A stretch of DNA of 29,890 bases from a virus. Lineage: Duplodnaviria; Caudoviricetes. Shown one piece after another: positions 1 to 8,256 of the stretch. The stretch is from positions 1 to 29,890 of the IMG/VR virus record IMGVR_UViG_3300031259_000038, one strand, 5' to 3'. The notes beneath the pieces are model-generated. The model did no database searches, was not told where the DNA came from, and saw only the letters and a program-made list of their open reading frames with translations. The translations under genes and the position numbers were made by a program. Positions within the stretch are counted from its first letter, which is position 1. Every line of letters begins with the position of its first letter.

Positions 1-1338
1 CAGATGAAAGCGGCGGTTGCGCGTGACCCCACCATCCTTCGAGGGTTTGACCCTGAGTATCAGAAAACGGCAGATGCCAACCTCAAGGACTATACGCTGG
101 CACCCGGCGCGCAACGCTACTCGGGCGGTGTGAACCCAACGCTGGTCGCAGCAGCGCCCGCAGAACGGAAGGCCGTGGCAGTTCCGGCAGGGGGCATGGC
201 CGCGTCCTTTGACCCGAATACGGGTGGCTTCGCCACGACCGCCGCAGCACCGCAGGTCGGCCAGCCCGCAGGCGGCGCGCTTCCGAAGGTTCCGGCTGCG
301 CAGCTTTTGCCTGTCATAAAGCAGAAGGAGTCTGGTGGCGATTATACGGCTGTCAGTCCGCAGGGCGCCCTCGGAGCCTACGGAATCATGCCGGACACCG
401 GTCGTGTGCTTGCCGCACGCGCGGGCGTGGCGTGGCGTCCTGATCTGATGACCAGCAACGACCCGGCTGCTCAGAAGTATCAAGACGCCATTGGCGGCGC
501 CGCCGCACAGGAAGCTGTCGACAAGACTGGCAACGTGGCGGATGCTCTGCGCTATTATCATGGTGGAAGCAACCGCGCCGTCTGGGGGCCGAAGACGCAG
601 GCATACGCCGCCGACGGACTGTCCCGTCTGGGTATTCAGGGCGGGGCCCAGCCCGCCGCGCCCGCCGCGCCCGGAGTCCTCATGGGGCCGCCGAAAGTGC
701 CCGCCGCTGGCAAGGGTGGCTGGGAAACTTTGCCGCCTGATCAGGTTAAGACGCTTGGCTTGCCCGATGGCACGGTGGCGCAGCGTAACGCCTCCGGACA
801 GATCAAGGTCATCAGCAAGCCCACCGCACAGCAGCAGAGCGCCACCGCTGGCGACGCGGCCAGTCGGCAGAGCACTCTGTCCATGTTTGATGACATGGAT
901 CATACGCTTGATCAATTGGATAAAGACCCCAACCTCAACTCGCACCTTGGCGCGATGGGTGCGGTCACAAACCTTCTGCCCGGAAGTCATGGTCGCTATA
1001 TCAAGGGCCAGATCGATAAGATCAACTCTGAGAAGCTGACTTCGTTGCTGTCCAACCTGAAGGCCAACGGCAACCCGCTGGGGAACCGCATTCTGAAGGT
1101 CGAGGTCGAGCAGCTTCCCAAGACGCTGGCCAATCTGGACATGGATCAGAACCCCACCGACTTCCACGCCAACATCGCGACGGCGCGCCAGCAGATTGCG
1201 CGTATGCGCTCTGCGACGCAGGGCTATTATCAAACGCAGAGCGGACCGCAGGCCGCGCCGAAGCCCGGCACGGTCATGGACGGCCATGTATTTCTGGGCG
1301 GTGATCCAAGCCAAGCCCGTAACTGGAGGCCGCAGTAA
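1..1338 (+). CDS. Internal virion/DNA ejection protein with soluble lytic transglycosylase domain (probably 5'-truncated by window edge)
   Basis: Frame is open from base 1. SLT motifs: KQKESGG (catalytic ES), GALGAYGIMPDT, ALRYYHGG. Ala/Pro/Gly-rich linkers. C-terminal GTVMDGHVFLGGDP..RNW resembles endings of phage injection proteins. Confidence 0.75.
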   Translation, partial: QMKAAVARDPTILRGFDPEYQKTADANLKDYTLAPGAQRYSGGVNPTLVAAAPAERKAVAVPAGGMAASFDPNTGGFATTAAAPQVGQPAGGALPKVPAAQLLPVIKQKESGGDYTAVSPQGALGAYGIMPDTGRVLAARAGVAWRPDLMTSNDPAAQKYQDAIGGAAAQEAVDKTGNVADALRYYHGGSNRAVWGPKTQAYAADGLSRLGIQGGAQPAAPAAPGVLMGPPKVPAAGKGGWETLPPDQVKTLGLPDGTVAQRNASGQIKVISKPTAQQQSATAGDAASRQSTLSMFDDMDHTLDQLDKDPNLNSHLGAMGAVTNLLPGSHGRYIKGQIDKINSEKLTSLLSNLKANGNPLGNRILKVEVEQLPKTLANLDMDQNPTDFHANIATARQQIARMRSATQGYYQTQSGPQAAPKPGTVMDGHVFLGGDPSQARNWRPQ

Positions 1339-3836
1339 TGGCAAATCCTTGGGAGAAGTTCGCGCCGCCGCCTGACGCAGCGCCAACGGACGCGCCCCCA
1401 GCGCAGGACGGACCCTGGAACCACTATCAGCCCACGCCTGGAGCCGCGCCGGATGCTCAGAATGAGCCGCCGCCGAGCCAAGCGCCCGACCGGCCCATGA
1501 TTGGTCAGGACAAGCTGGTTGCCAAGCTGCGCGAGATGACGGATGCGAATAATCCGCAACCTGCTGCTGACGTCATCAAGTTTGCGCAGGACAACGGCTA
1601 CCCCATGCCGCAGGAAACCATCGATCGACTCAACAACGTGTACGAGCCGACGCGGTTGAAGTACGGTAAGATTCCACAGGGCGTGGTCATCGCGCAACCG
1701 GCGCCTCCACCGCCCGACCCCAACGGTCGACATTCTACTGCCGAAGACGCGTGGTTCGGACTTCGTCACGGAGCGCTGGCGCACTTCGACGATCGTCTGG
1801 ACGCGCTTGGCGGCGCGGCGGGCGATTACCTTGGCGGCAAGATCGAGGATGCTCTGGGCTACCACCGGCCCCACCCGTCGTTCAGCGATAGTTACGATAT
1901 CAACCTTGATCGTGCGCGTAGCGAAGTCTACGACCACCAGAACGGCGGCTCTGGGCTGGCGTTTGGGCTTGGCGAAGTCGGCGGATCACTGCTTGCGCCC
2001 ACGCGCGGAGTCGGTCTGGCTCGCGACGCTAGCCTTGGTATGCGCGCGGTTGACGCTGGCGTGCGCGGTGCGCAAATCGGTGGCGAGACTGCGCTTGGCG
2101 ATACCGGTGATTTGACGAACGTGCCCGACGCCGTCGGTAACGTAGTCAAGGGCGTAGGAGAGGGCGGAGTCACCGGAGCAGCCGTTGCGCCAGTGATTCA
2201 CGGCATCGGCTCTGCGGCTGGCGCAGCCTACCGCATGATTCCGCGCGCTGGCGAAGATACTAGTGGTCTAGCCGTGCTGCACGCGGGCGCGCCCCAAGAC
2301 GCTGACGCGATGGAAGCGAAGCTGGCTCAATACAAGGCGGCTGGCGTTCCTGCACGGCTGGTAGACTTGGTTGACGCCAAGGGCCAGCGCCTCATCGGTA
2401 TCGCGGCCAACAAGACTGACGCAGCCAATATCGTTTCTCAGCACGCCGATCAGGTGTACGATAACTTCCCGGAGCGCGTGGTTAATCAGGCGGGCAAGAT
2501 TGCCCCACCTGAAATGCAGGGTGCCACCGCGCGCCAAGCAAGCCGGGCGCTGAGCGGTGATATCACGGACCTCGGACCTCGCTACGATGCCGTGCGGAAT
2601 AACCCGGTTGCGGTTGACGGGGCCATGGCTGACGTCTTCCGCACGGCTGAAGGGCGTTCCGCGCTCCGCGTGGTTGCGCGCCAGCTTGGCCCGGAGGATA
2701 GCGCCAAGCTGGGCGACCTGATCAAGGGCTTGCAAAGCACCGGCACCAAGGCATCGGACAGCGAGCCGCCCGCAGACCTGATGGTCATGGGCAAGCGGTT
2801 TGATGAACTTCCGCCCAAGCTGCAAGACATCATTCGCGCCGACTTCAGCGCCAAGGCCGGGGCCGCAGGGGGCGGCGCGCCGACCATGACCGTGGACATT
2901 GCTGACAAAACCGCGCGTGCTCTCAACAAGGCCGCGCAGAAGTCTGGCAACCCCGGCGCTCTTACGGACATGGCCAGCACGATCCGCAACGCCGCCCGCG
3001 TGCAGCACCCAGAGTACGATGCCGCGCTCAACGATCACGCGACGCTTGCCGGGCTGCGCGACGCGGCCGATGGTACGGGGCGGTATCAGGGCACGGACTT
3101 CTTGAAGACCCCGTCTGACGACTTCCAGCATAACTTCGGCGCGGCGCCCAATACGAACGCCAGCGTGGTCGACGCCAATGGCGAGCCACTGACCATGCCG
3201 TCTGCACAAGACCTGATGCGCGTGCGCGCTCAACAGCGCGTGCAAGACATTGCGGGGAACGGCAATCGAGAGGCGCTCGCAGTGGCGGACCGCCTTGGTC
3301 GCGACGGCACCAATCAGGCGACTCGCACGGATTCTCTGCTTGGTCCGGATGCAGGCGCTGATCTGCGCGCTGGCATGAGTACCGAAGCGGAGCGCTACCG
3401 CAATACTCAGAACATCGACCCGCGCCTCGGCAGCAAGACCAGTCGTATGCAGCAGGGTAGCGATGATCTAGATGATCTGGCCACTCTGCTGAGCGGCGGC
3501 GCGGCGGCGGCGCACGCTGCCACCGGAAGTCCTTACGGAGTCGCTAACTTGGCGCGCAAAGTGTCCACGTGGTTTGGCAAGGTCGGCATCTCAGGCGTGG
3601 ACGCCAATCGTTTGGTGCGCGATGCGCTGAGCGAAGACCCGCAGAAAATTCAATCTTCGATTGAATTCATGCGCCAGCGTGGCATGGACCCCGCCATCGG
3701 ACAGCGCATTGTTCGCACGATCATCAACTCGAAGAATGCTGGCAACGCCGCTGCTCAGGCAGCAGGTTCCGGAGTGGCGAACTCGGCCCCGCCACCGGCA
3801 CCTAACTCTGTTCGGGCCGTTATGGGGGCACAGTGA
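1338..3836 (+). CDS. Large DNA ejection/injection protein (832 aa)
   Basis: TAATG coupling to the upstream gene. N-terminal NPWEKF/GPWNHY repeats and Gly/Ala-rich hydrophobic segments. Lies between the SLT protein and the lysis genes, as in podoviruses. Confidence 0.6.
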   Translation: MANPWEKFAPPPDAAPTDAPPAQDGPWNHYQPTPGAAPDAQNEPPPSQAPDRPMIGQDKLVAKLREMTDANNPQPAADVIKFAQDNGYPMPQETIDRLNNVYEPTRLKYGKIPQGVVIAQPAPPPPDPNGRHSTAEDAWFGLRHGALAHFDDRLDALGGAAGDYLGGKIEDALGYHRPHPSFSDSYDINLDRARSEVYDHQNGGSGLAFGLGEVGGSLLAPTRGVGLARDASLGMRAVDAGVRGAQIGGETALGDTGDLTNVPDAVGNVVKGVGEGGVTGAAVAPVIHGIGSAAGAAYRMIPRAGEDTSGLAVLHAGAPQDADAMEAKLAQYKAAGVPARLVDLVDAKGQRLIGIAANKTDAANIVSQHADQVYDNFPERVVNQAGKIAPPEMQGATARQASRALSGDITDLGPRYDAVRNNPVAVDGAMADVFRTAEGRSALRVVARQLGPEDSAKLGDLIKGLQSTGTKASDSEPPADLMVMGKRFDELPPKLQDIIRADFSAKAGAAGGGAPTMTVDIADKTARALNKAAQKSGNPGALTDMASTIRNAARVQHPEYDAALNDHATLAGLRDAADGTGRYQGTDFLKTPSDDFQHNFGAAPNTNASVVDANGEPLTMPSAQDLMRVRAQQRVQDIAGNGNREALAVADRLGRDGTNQATRTDSLLGPDAGADLRAGMSTEAERYRNTQNIDPRLGSKTSRMQQGSDDLDDLATLLSGGAAAAHAATGSPYGVANLARKVSTWFGKVGISGVDANRLVRDALSEDPQKIQSSIEFMRQRGMDPAIGQRIVRTIINSKNAGNAAAQAAGSGVANSAPPPAPNSVRAVMGAQ

Positions 3837-4165
3837 TGGAGGCTCTTCTGCGCAAATGGTTCGCCCAGCTTATGACTGGGAAAGATAATCAGACGCTGGC
3901 CATCGGCCGCGTCATGGGCGCTATTATCTTCGCGATGGTAGTGACCACGAACTGCGTCATCATCTGGTCTCTATGGAGATCCGTTGATCAGACGCAGGAC
4001 CCCAAAATCTGGGGCATGTATCTCGACAAGGCTGGGAACTATCTTCTGCTCGTACTCGGTGCCGTGGCCGCGCTTATCGCGGGCACCGCATTCAGTGAGC
4101 CGCCCCCGGCCTCCTTCCAGTCTATCGAAAGCCGCAAGGTCACAGTCAACAAAGAGGAGAATTAA
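3836..4165 (+). CDS. Holin candidate, two TM segments
   Basis: TGATG overlap (alternative GTG at 3833). Hydrophobic runs VMGAIIFAMVVTTNCVIIWSLW and YLLLVLGAVAALIAGTAF, charged C-terminus, directly upstream of the endolysin. Confidence 0.6.
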   Translation: MEALLRKWFAQLMTGKDNQTLAIGRVMGAIIFAMVVTTNCVIIWSLWRSVDQTQDPKIWGMYLDKAGNYLLLVLGAVAALIAGTAFSEPPPASFQSIESRKVTVNKEEN

Positions 4166-4166
4166 C

Positions 4167-4610
4167 ATGGGCGGAACTTTCCCAACTGACGTCATCGACG
4201 GCGCCGTCACATCGCACAAGGCGTATCCCACCTGTCTGGCCAGCCTGTCGCTTGCACAGTGGGCCGTGGAGAGCGGATGGGGTGCCAAAAGCCCCGGCAA
4301 CAATCCATTTGGCATCAAGCACATGGTTGGATACCCCGATCAGACCTTCCACACGCATGAGCAAGTGCATGGCGCGCTGATTCCGGAGGACTTGGTGTTC
4401 GCCAAGTTCCCCACGATCGCCGACGCGTTCACGGCCCACGCGGCGCTCATTGCCACGCGCCCGCAGTACGCGCCAGCCATTGCGCTGCTCCCGGACGTGG
4501 AAGCTTATGTGACGGCGCTGGCCCGAGTCTACGCCACGGCGTCCAACTACGCCGACACGCTGCTCAGCATTATCCACGCGCACAATCTGACGCAGTACGA
4601 CGGGGAGTAA
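4167..4610 (+). CDS. Endolysin, GH73 glucosaminidase/FlgJ-like
   Basis: GAGGAG RBS before ATG 4167. Motifs LAQWAVESGWG, NNPFGIK and YATASNY are typical of GH73. Confidence 0.85.
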   Translation: MGGTFPTDVIDGAVTSHKAYPTCLASLSLAQWAVESGWGAKSPGNNPFGIKHMVGYPDQTFHTHEQVHGALIPEDLVFAKFPTIADAFTAHAALIATRPQYAPAIALLPDVEAYVTALARVYATASNYADTLLSIIHAHNLTQYDGE

Positions 4611-4615
4611 TCGCT

Positions 4616-5080
4616 ATGTTCGGACTCCCTTTGAAGACGGTCGGCATCGTGCTGGGCGCTTTGGCGCTCCTTGCCGCGCTGGTCTATGGCGTGGGCCACT
4701 TGCTCAGCGAAGAGCGCAAGGCCGGGGCGGCGGTTGTGGCGGCTCAGTGGCAGGCCGCAAACGCCCAACAGCAGGCAACACTGGCCAAGGTCCAGGGTAG
4801 CCTTAGCGACGGTCTGGCCTCCGTAGATACGCACTTGCAAAGCCGGTTGGCCGGGCTTACGCAGGCCGGGACCAGCACCAACACCACTCTAGTGAAGGAG
4901 ATACACGATGCTCCGCAGATTTCCAGTTCTGATTGTGCTTTGTCTGACGGCGTGTGGCGCCCCCTTGCCGCCGCCCGCCAGCTTTCCGCACCTTCCGGAC
5001 CTCAAACCGTCGGAAGCGGACCCGTGCCCACCGGCACCGCCGCTCCTGGACAAGCTGGAGGCGACGCTGGCCCTCACTGA
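4616..5080 (+). CDS. Rz: Inner-membrane spanin (Rz-like)
   Basis: N-terminal TM helix followed by an Ala/Gln-rich coiled segment. Follows the endolysin and overlaps a lipoprotein gene. Confidence 0.7.
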   Translation: MFGLPLKTVGIVLGALALLAALVYGVGHLLSEERKAGAAVVAAQWQAANAQQQATLAKVQGSLSDGLASVDTHLQSRLAGLTQAGTSTNTTLVKEIHDAPQISSSDCALSDGVWRPLAAARQLSAPSGPQTVGSGPVPTGTAAPGQAGGDAGPH

Positions 5081-5201
5081 CGGTCAGCTTTCCGTCCTCT
5101 ACGCCCAATGTCAAGCCAAGCATCAGGCGGTAGTCAAGGCATACCGCGATGCTCAATCAATACTGGACAATGCCAATGGCCCCCAATCCGCTCACCGCTG
5201 A
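4908..5201 (+). CDS. Rz1: Outer-membrane lipoprotein spanin (Rz1-like)
   Basis: AAGGAG RBS. Signal peptide MLRRFPVLIVLCLTA-C with lipobox, Pro-rich mature part, overlaps Rz in the +1 frame. Confidence 0.75.
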   Translation: MLRRFPVLIVLCLTACGAPLPPPASFPHLPDLKPSEADPCPPAPPLLDKLEATLALTDGQLSVLYAQCQAKHQAVVKAYRDAQSILDNANGPQSAHR

Positions 5202-5520
5202 CCCTACGGTCGATACCCTCGCACAAATGGCCCTGATGCGAATCGAAGCACAACTCACCGATATGGCTAAGTCCGTGGCTGATGTTCGTGAGCGCGTTGC
5301 ACGCATGGAAACCAATGCGGTCTCGGTCGAACTTCAGCACTTGAAGGATGACAACGCGCGCCTATGGGAGCGTGTCAATCAATTGGAGGCAGATCGCCAT
5401 GCGCGCGATGGCTCCGACCGCACGGCGCAGAAATGGGGCGAGTGGATTCACCGCCTCGCCCCATGGGCTTTCGCCGTTGCGCTGGCCGTGTGGAATTACA
5501 CGACCAATATCAAGAAGTAG
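5170..5520 (+). CDS. Coiled-coil protein with C-terminal membrane anchor (XhlA-like/second holin or antiholin candidate)
   Basis: Heptad-like region followed by LAPWAFAVALAVWNY. Last gene of the + strand operon. Start uncertain (5149/5170/5176). Confidence 0.45.
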   Translation: MPMAPNPLTADPTVDTLAQMALMRIEAQLTDMAKSVADVRERVARMETNAVSVELQHLKDDNARLWERVNQLEADRHARDGSDRTAQKWGEWIHRLAPWAFAVALAVWNYTTNIKK

Positions 5521-5935
5521 TATCGGCAATCAAAGTCTGAATGATGAGGGTCGCTACCACGTAGCGGCCCTCAAGTATTGCCAGCAGGGCATCGCGGTCA
5601 GGTCGGTCGAACTGCTTGATGAAGTTATGAATGTTTTCGTGCCCTCGATGCTGCTTAGGATCGGGGCGCACGTTGCGCTCATCAGCTTTGCGAATGTAGT
5701 GCAGAGCCTTCTGCAAATCCTGCACGCCATTCTTGCTGCGCCACCGGCTGACATATTTCGTGGCGTTGCCAATCAGATAGTGCAGATACTCATCACATAC
5801 GAAGTCCCAGTGCTGGTACTCCGCTTCCTTGTAGTGCTTGCCGCCGATCTGGAAATCATTGGCCCCCGACGGCGTGCCAGTCGGCCTTGAAGTATTCGTA
5901 GAACTTGTGGGCTCTGCGTGCGATTTGGTTTCCAT
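5510..5935 (-). CDS. DUF3310 protein (T7 gp1.7-related putative nucleotide kinase)
   Basis: ANDFQIGGKHY, QHWD, GNATKYVSRWRSKNGVQDLQKALHYI match the DUF3310 pattern. Start uncertain; it overlaps the HD gene by 80 nt. Confidence 0.8.
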   Translation of the reverse strand: METKSHAEPTSSTNTSRPTGTPSGANDFQIGGKHYKEAEYQHWDFVCDEYLHYLIGNATKYVSRWRSKNGVQDLQKALHYIRKADERNVRPDPKQHRGHENIHNFIKQFDRPDRDALLAILEGRYVVATLIIQTLIADTTS

Positions 5936-6389
5936 CAGCGGGTATCCCTTCCAGCAATTGCTCAACGTAAGATTGAAAGTTGAAGTACGGCTCCCAGATC
6001 AACTGGTTGCCCATGGCACGCTCCTGCACGCAGAAGCGCATTCCGTCGAGTGCGTCCGATACCTTCAGCACCCACTCTTCTGCCTTGGTCAGTATCTCCG
6101 GGCTGATGCCCGCGTCTTTCATGTGCGCCTCCTCATGCTCCTGGAACAGTTCGCGTATCCGCATGGCCCGCTTGGCCGGAGCAGGCATGTCTCCCAGCTT
6201 GTGTTCAGCAATGTCATGCTGAAGCCCGGCGCGCAATAGCGCGGCGCTGGCAAGCGGGTCCAGCGCCATGATCATCATGCACACGTTGAAGCTGTGGTGG
6301 GCCACCGTGTCCGGCATGATGGTCGGAATAGTGTGGTACCGCTTGACGTTACCGCCCTTGATGGCGAAAGTGTAAGCTGGCTGAGTCAT
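5856..6389 (-). CDS. HD-domain deoxynucleotide hydrolase (YfbR/DatZ-like)
   Basis: VKRYHT, TVAHHS, LQHDIAE..LGDMPAPAK, KVSDALD. ATGA coupling to the upstream gene with AGGAGG RBS. Confidence 0.85.
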   Translation of the reverse strand: MTQPAYTFAIKGGNVKRYHTIPTIMPDTVAHHSFNVCMMIMALDPLASAALLRAGLQHDIAEHKLGDMPAPAKRAMRIRELFQEHEEAHMKDAGISPEILTKAEEWVLKVSDALDGMRFCVQERAMGNQLIWEPYFNFQSYVEQLLEGIPADGNQIARRAHKFYEYFKADWHAVGGQ

Positions 6390-7405
6390 GCTGCCTCCTT
6401 CTTGGCAAGGCGCCGCTCCAGCCATTGCTGGCAGGCCAGCCGCCAGTCGCACAGGTGCGGCATGGGCTCCAGGCTGGCCAGCGCCGACATATAGTCGCCG
6501 CGCTTGTGGTGACGCCACGCGGCCAACATACGATCCGCCAGATGTAGCGCCAAGTGCGTCGGCCGGTAGCGGTGCCCGCCCGGCGCAGCCGCTTGGAGCC
6601 AGTGCGGGAGTTCCTCGTCAAACAACTCCATGTCGTCGGGGCTGAACAGGTAGACGGGCGCGACCACGCCGCTCTCGTACGCATCGGTCTCGAAAAGATC
6701 CATGATGACGTCCCGCATCGAGTGCTTGAGAATACCATCGTAGATATGGTAGTTCCAGCTGAACTGAGTAAGCGTGCCCATGAGTACGCCGATCCGCGCC
6801 GCGATGTATTCCTGCAGAATACTGAAGTGGACTGCGTTGGCGCCGTGCGCGCCCCAGAGCGCATCGTTGCTCCGGCACGTGACCGCCATGTTCAGCAGGC
6901 CGTTACGGATGGTGAAGAAGCACTGAGTATTGCACGGAACATCGGCGCTGCCAAGACGCACGCGCCCCATGTCTTTGAAGCCGTCCCACATGGCCAGCAC
7001 GGCACGGCGGCTCTCCGGGTGCAAGCGTAGTTCTTCGACCACCGCATCAATCTGGTCGTAGCCGAAGTAGTCGCGCCACCGGAAGCCATACGCGGCGGGC
7101 TGAGTACGCCCGCCGTCATCGCTGTAGGACCGCATCTGCTTGTTGAATTGCGCCAGCCACTCCAGATCGTTACGCCCGCCCAGCATCCAGAGCGCCTCGA
7201 AGTAATGAAAGAAAGGATTGGCGTCCCGCTTGGGGCTGAACAGCACGCGGCGCACCGGCGACTGATATGTTGTGATCATGGGGCCGTTAAGCACCGTGAC
7301 GCCGCCGTTGCGGCTGGCCTCGTTGGAGGTTGACATGGGGCTGGACAAAATGTCAAGCCCAAGGGCCAGCGCCTCTCCGACGCTGCCCGCTGAAATTGTG
7401 TGCAT
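6386..7405 (-). CDS. dUMP hydroxymethylase (thymidylate synthase superfamily)
   Basis: RDANPFFH..EALWML, AYGFRWR, DQI, SRRAVLAMWD, catalytic DVPCN, RSND..WGAHGANAVHFS (Asn at the dUMP-specificity position), NYHIY. Resembles YuA/M6-type enzymes. Alternative GTG start at 7408. Confidence 0.85.
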   Translation of the reverse strand: MHTISAGSVGEALALGLDILSSPMSTSNEASRNGGVTVLNGPMITTYQSPVRRVLFSPKRDANPFFHYFEALWMLGGRNDLEWLAQFNKQMRSYSDDGGRTQPAAYGFRWRDYFGYDQIDAVVEELRLHPESRRAVLAMWDGFKDMGRVRLGSADVPCNTQCFFTIRNGLLNMAVTCRSNDALWGAHGANAVHFSILQEYIAARIGVLMGTLTQFSWNYHIYDGILKHSMRDVIMDLFETDAYESGVVAPVYLFSPDDMELFDEELPHWLQAAAPGGHRYRPTHLALHLADRMLAAWRHHKRGDYMSALASLEPMPHLCDWRLACQQWLERRLAKKEAA

Positions 7406-8256
7406 CACTTCTTCTCCTGTGGTTTATACATCTGCTTCGGCCTGCCCTGATCCAGCCGTGCCCGCTCATGCTTGTCAAACTCGCAAAGGCAGTTCTGGAT
7501 ATCGTGCGCTGTCAACGGCTCTTCCCACTTTAGGCGCAGGTTAACCGCATCCCTTAGCTTACTCAGAGTTTGCCGGAAGACAAGTTCTTTCCAAGGTGCG
7601 TTGACATTTTGAGCCATAATGCGGTTGAGGCCGCGCCGACTGCCCGGCCCTGAGCAAGCGAAGGTGCTGAAGTCCTCCCACGTCCACGGCATGGGCGCGT
7701 ACTTCAGGTCAGCCAATACCTGCCCGGCCATGAAGCTGCCAAGACCTTGAAGGCTGCTCAGGGCTATGTGGGCGTTGGCAAGCTGCCCAACCCATATCAG
7801 GCGGTGCATTTCTTTGCGCTTGTCCCACGCGGGCTGGAGTACCACATCAACGACATAATCGACCTTGTCCATGGCGCGGCCATTGGTCGACACGATGTAG
7901 GCTGCGTTGAAGTTCTTGCTGCCTGCCCATGCGCGCTCGTGCAGTACCTTCTTCATCTTGTTGGGCTTGAATGGCAGAATGCACTTCGCATCAAGCAGCG
8001 CCTGAAGAGTTTCCTCGTTGTTAAAGAGGCGCGCCACTACGAGTGGGAACCAAAGCTGGAAGTCGTAGCCCCATTCTTTGAAGAAGTGAGTGTGAATCCA
8101 CTTCGTTACGCGGTCATCGTTGCGCCGCACGTTACAGAAGCGGAACTGCTCGATGATCGGATCCGGCTTGGATCGGCTGACCCAGCGCCCGGCCTCTTTG
8201 GCTAGGCGGTGAGCCTCGCGAGCGCGGATAAACCGCACAAGATCTTCGCTACGCAT
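7405..8256 (-). CDS. aGPT-Pplase1 family / 5-hmdU DNA kinase helical-domain protein
   Basis: FIRAREAHR, DPIIEQFRFCNVRRNDDRVT, HhH-like GLGSFMAGQVLADL, GPGSRRGL, DIQNCLCEFDK. Adjacent to the dUMP hydroxymethylase. Confidence 0.85.
   Translation of the reverse strand: MRSEDLVRFIRAREAHRLAKEAGRWVSRSKPDPIIEQFRFCNVRRNDDRVTKWIHTHFFKEWGYDFQLWFPLVVARLFNNEETLQALLDAKCILPFKPNKMKKVLHERAWAGSKNFNAAYIVSTNGRAMDKVDYVVDVVLQPAWDKRKEMHRLIWVGQLANAHIALSSLQGLGSFMAGQVLADLKYAPMPWTWEDFSTFACSGPGSRRGLNRIMAQNVNAPWKELVFRQTLSKLRDAVNLRLKWEEPLTAHDIQNCLCEFDKHERARLDQGRPKQMYKPQEKK

Noticed and set aside
3984-4166. Extended N-termini in the ORF track (endolysin 3984, HD 6518, J-protein 18307, DenV-like 21963)
   Set aside because: They overlap upstream genes; downstream starts have better RBS or coupling and match family N-termini.
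5856-6389. 2-aminoadenine (Z-genome) system suggested by the DatZ-like HD protein
   Set aside because: No PurZ gene in the window; the context is pyrimidine modification.
6386-7405. Canonical ThyA or dCMP hydroxymethylase
   Set aside because: Asn rather than Asp at the specificity position argues against dCMP. The divergent PCN and GANAVHF motifs and the neighbouring hmdU-kinase genes argue against ordinary ThyA.
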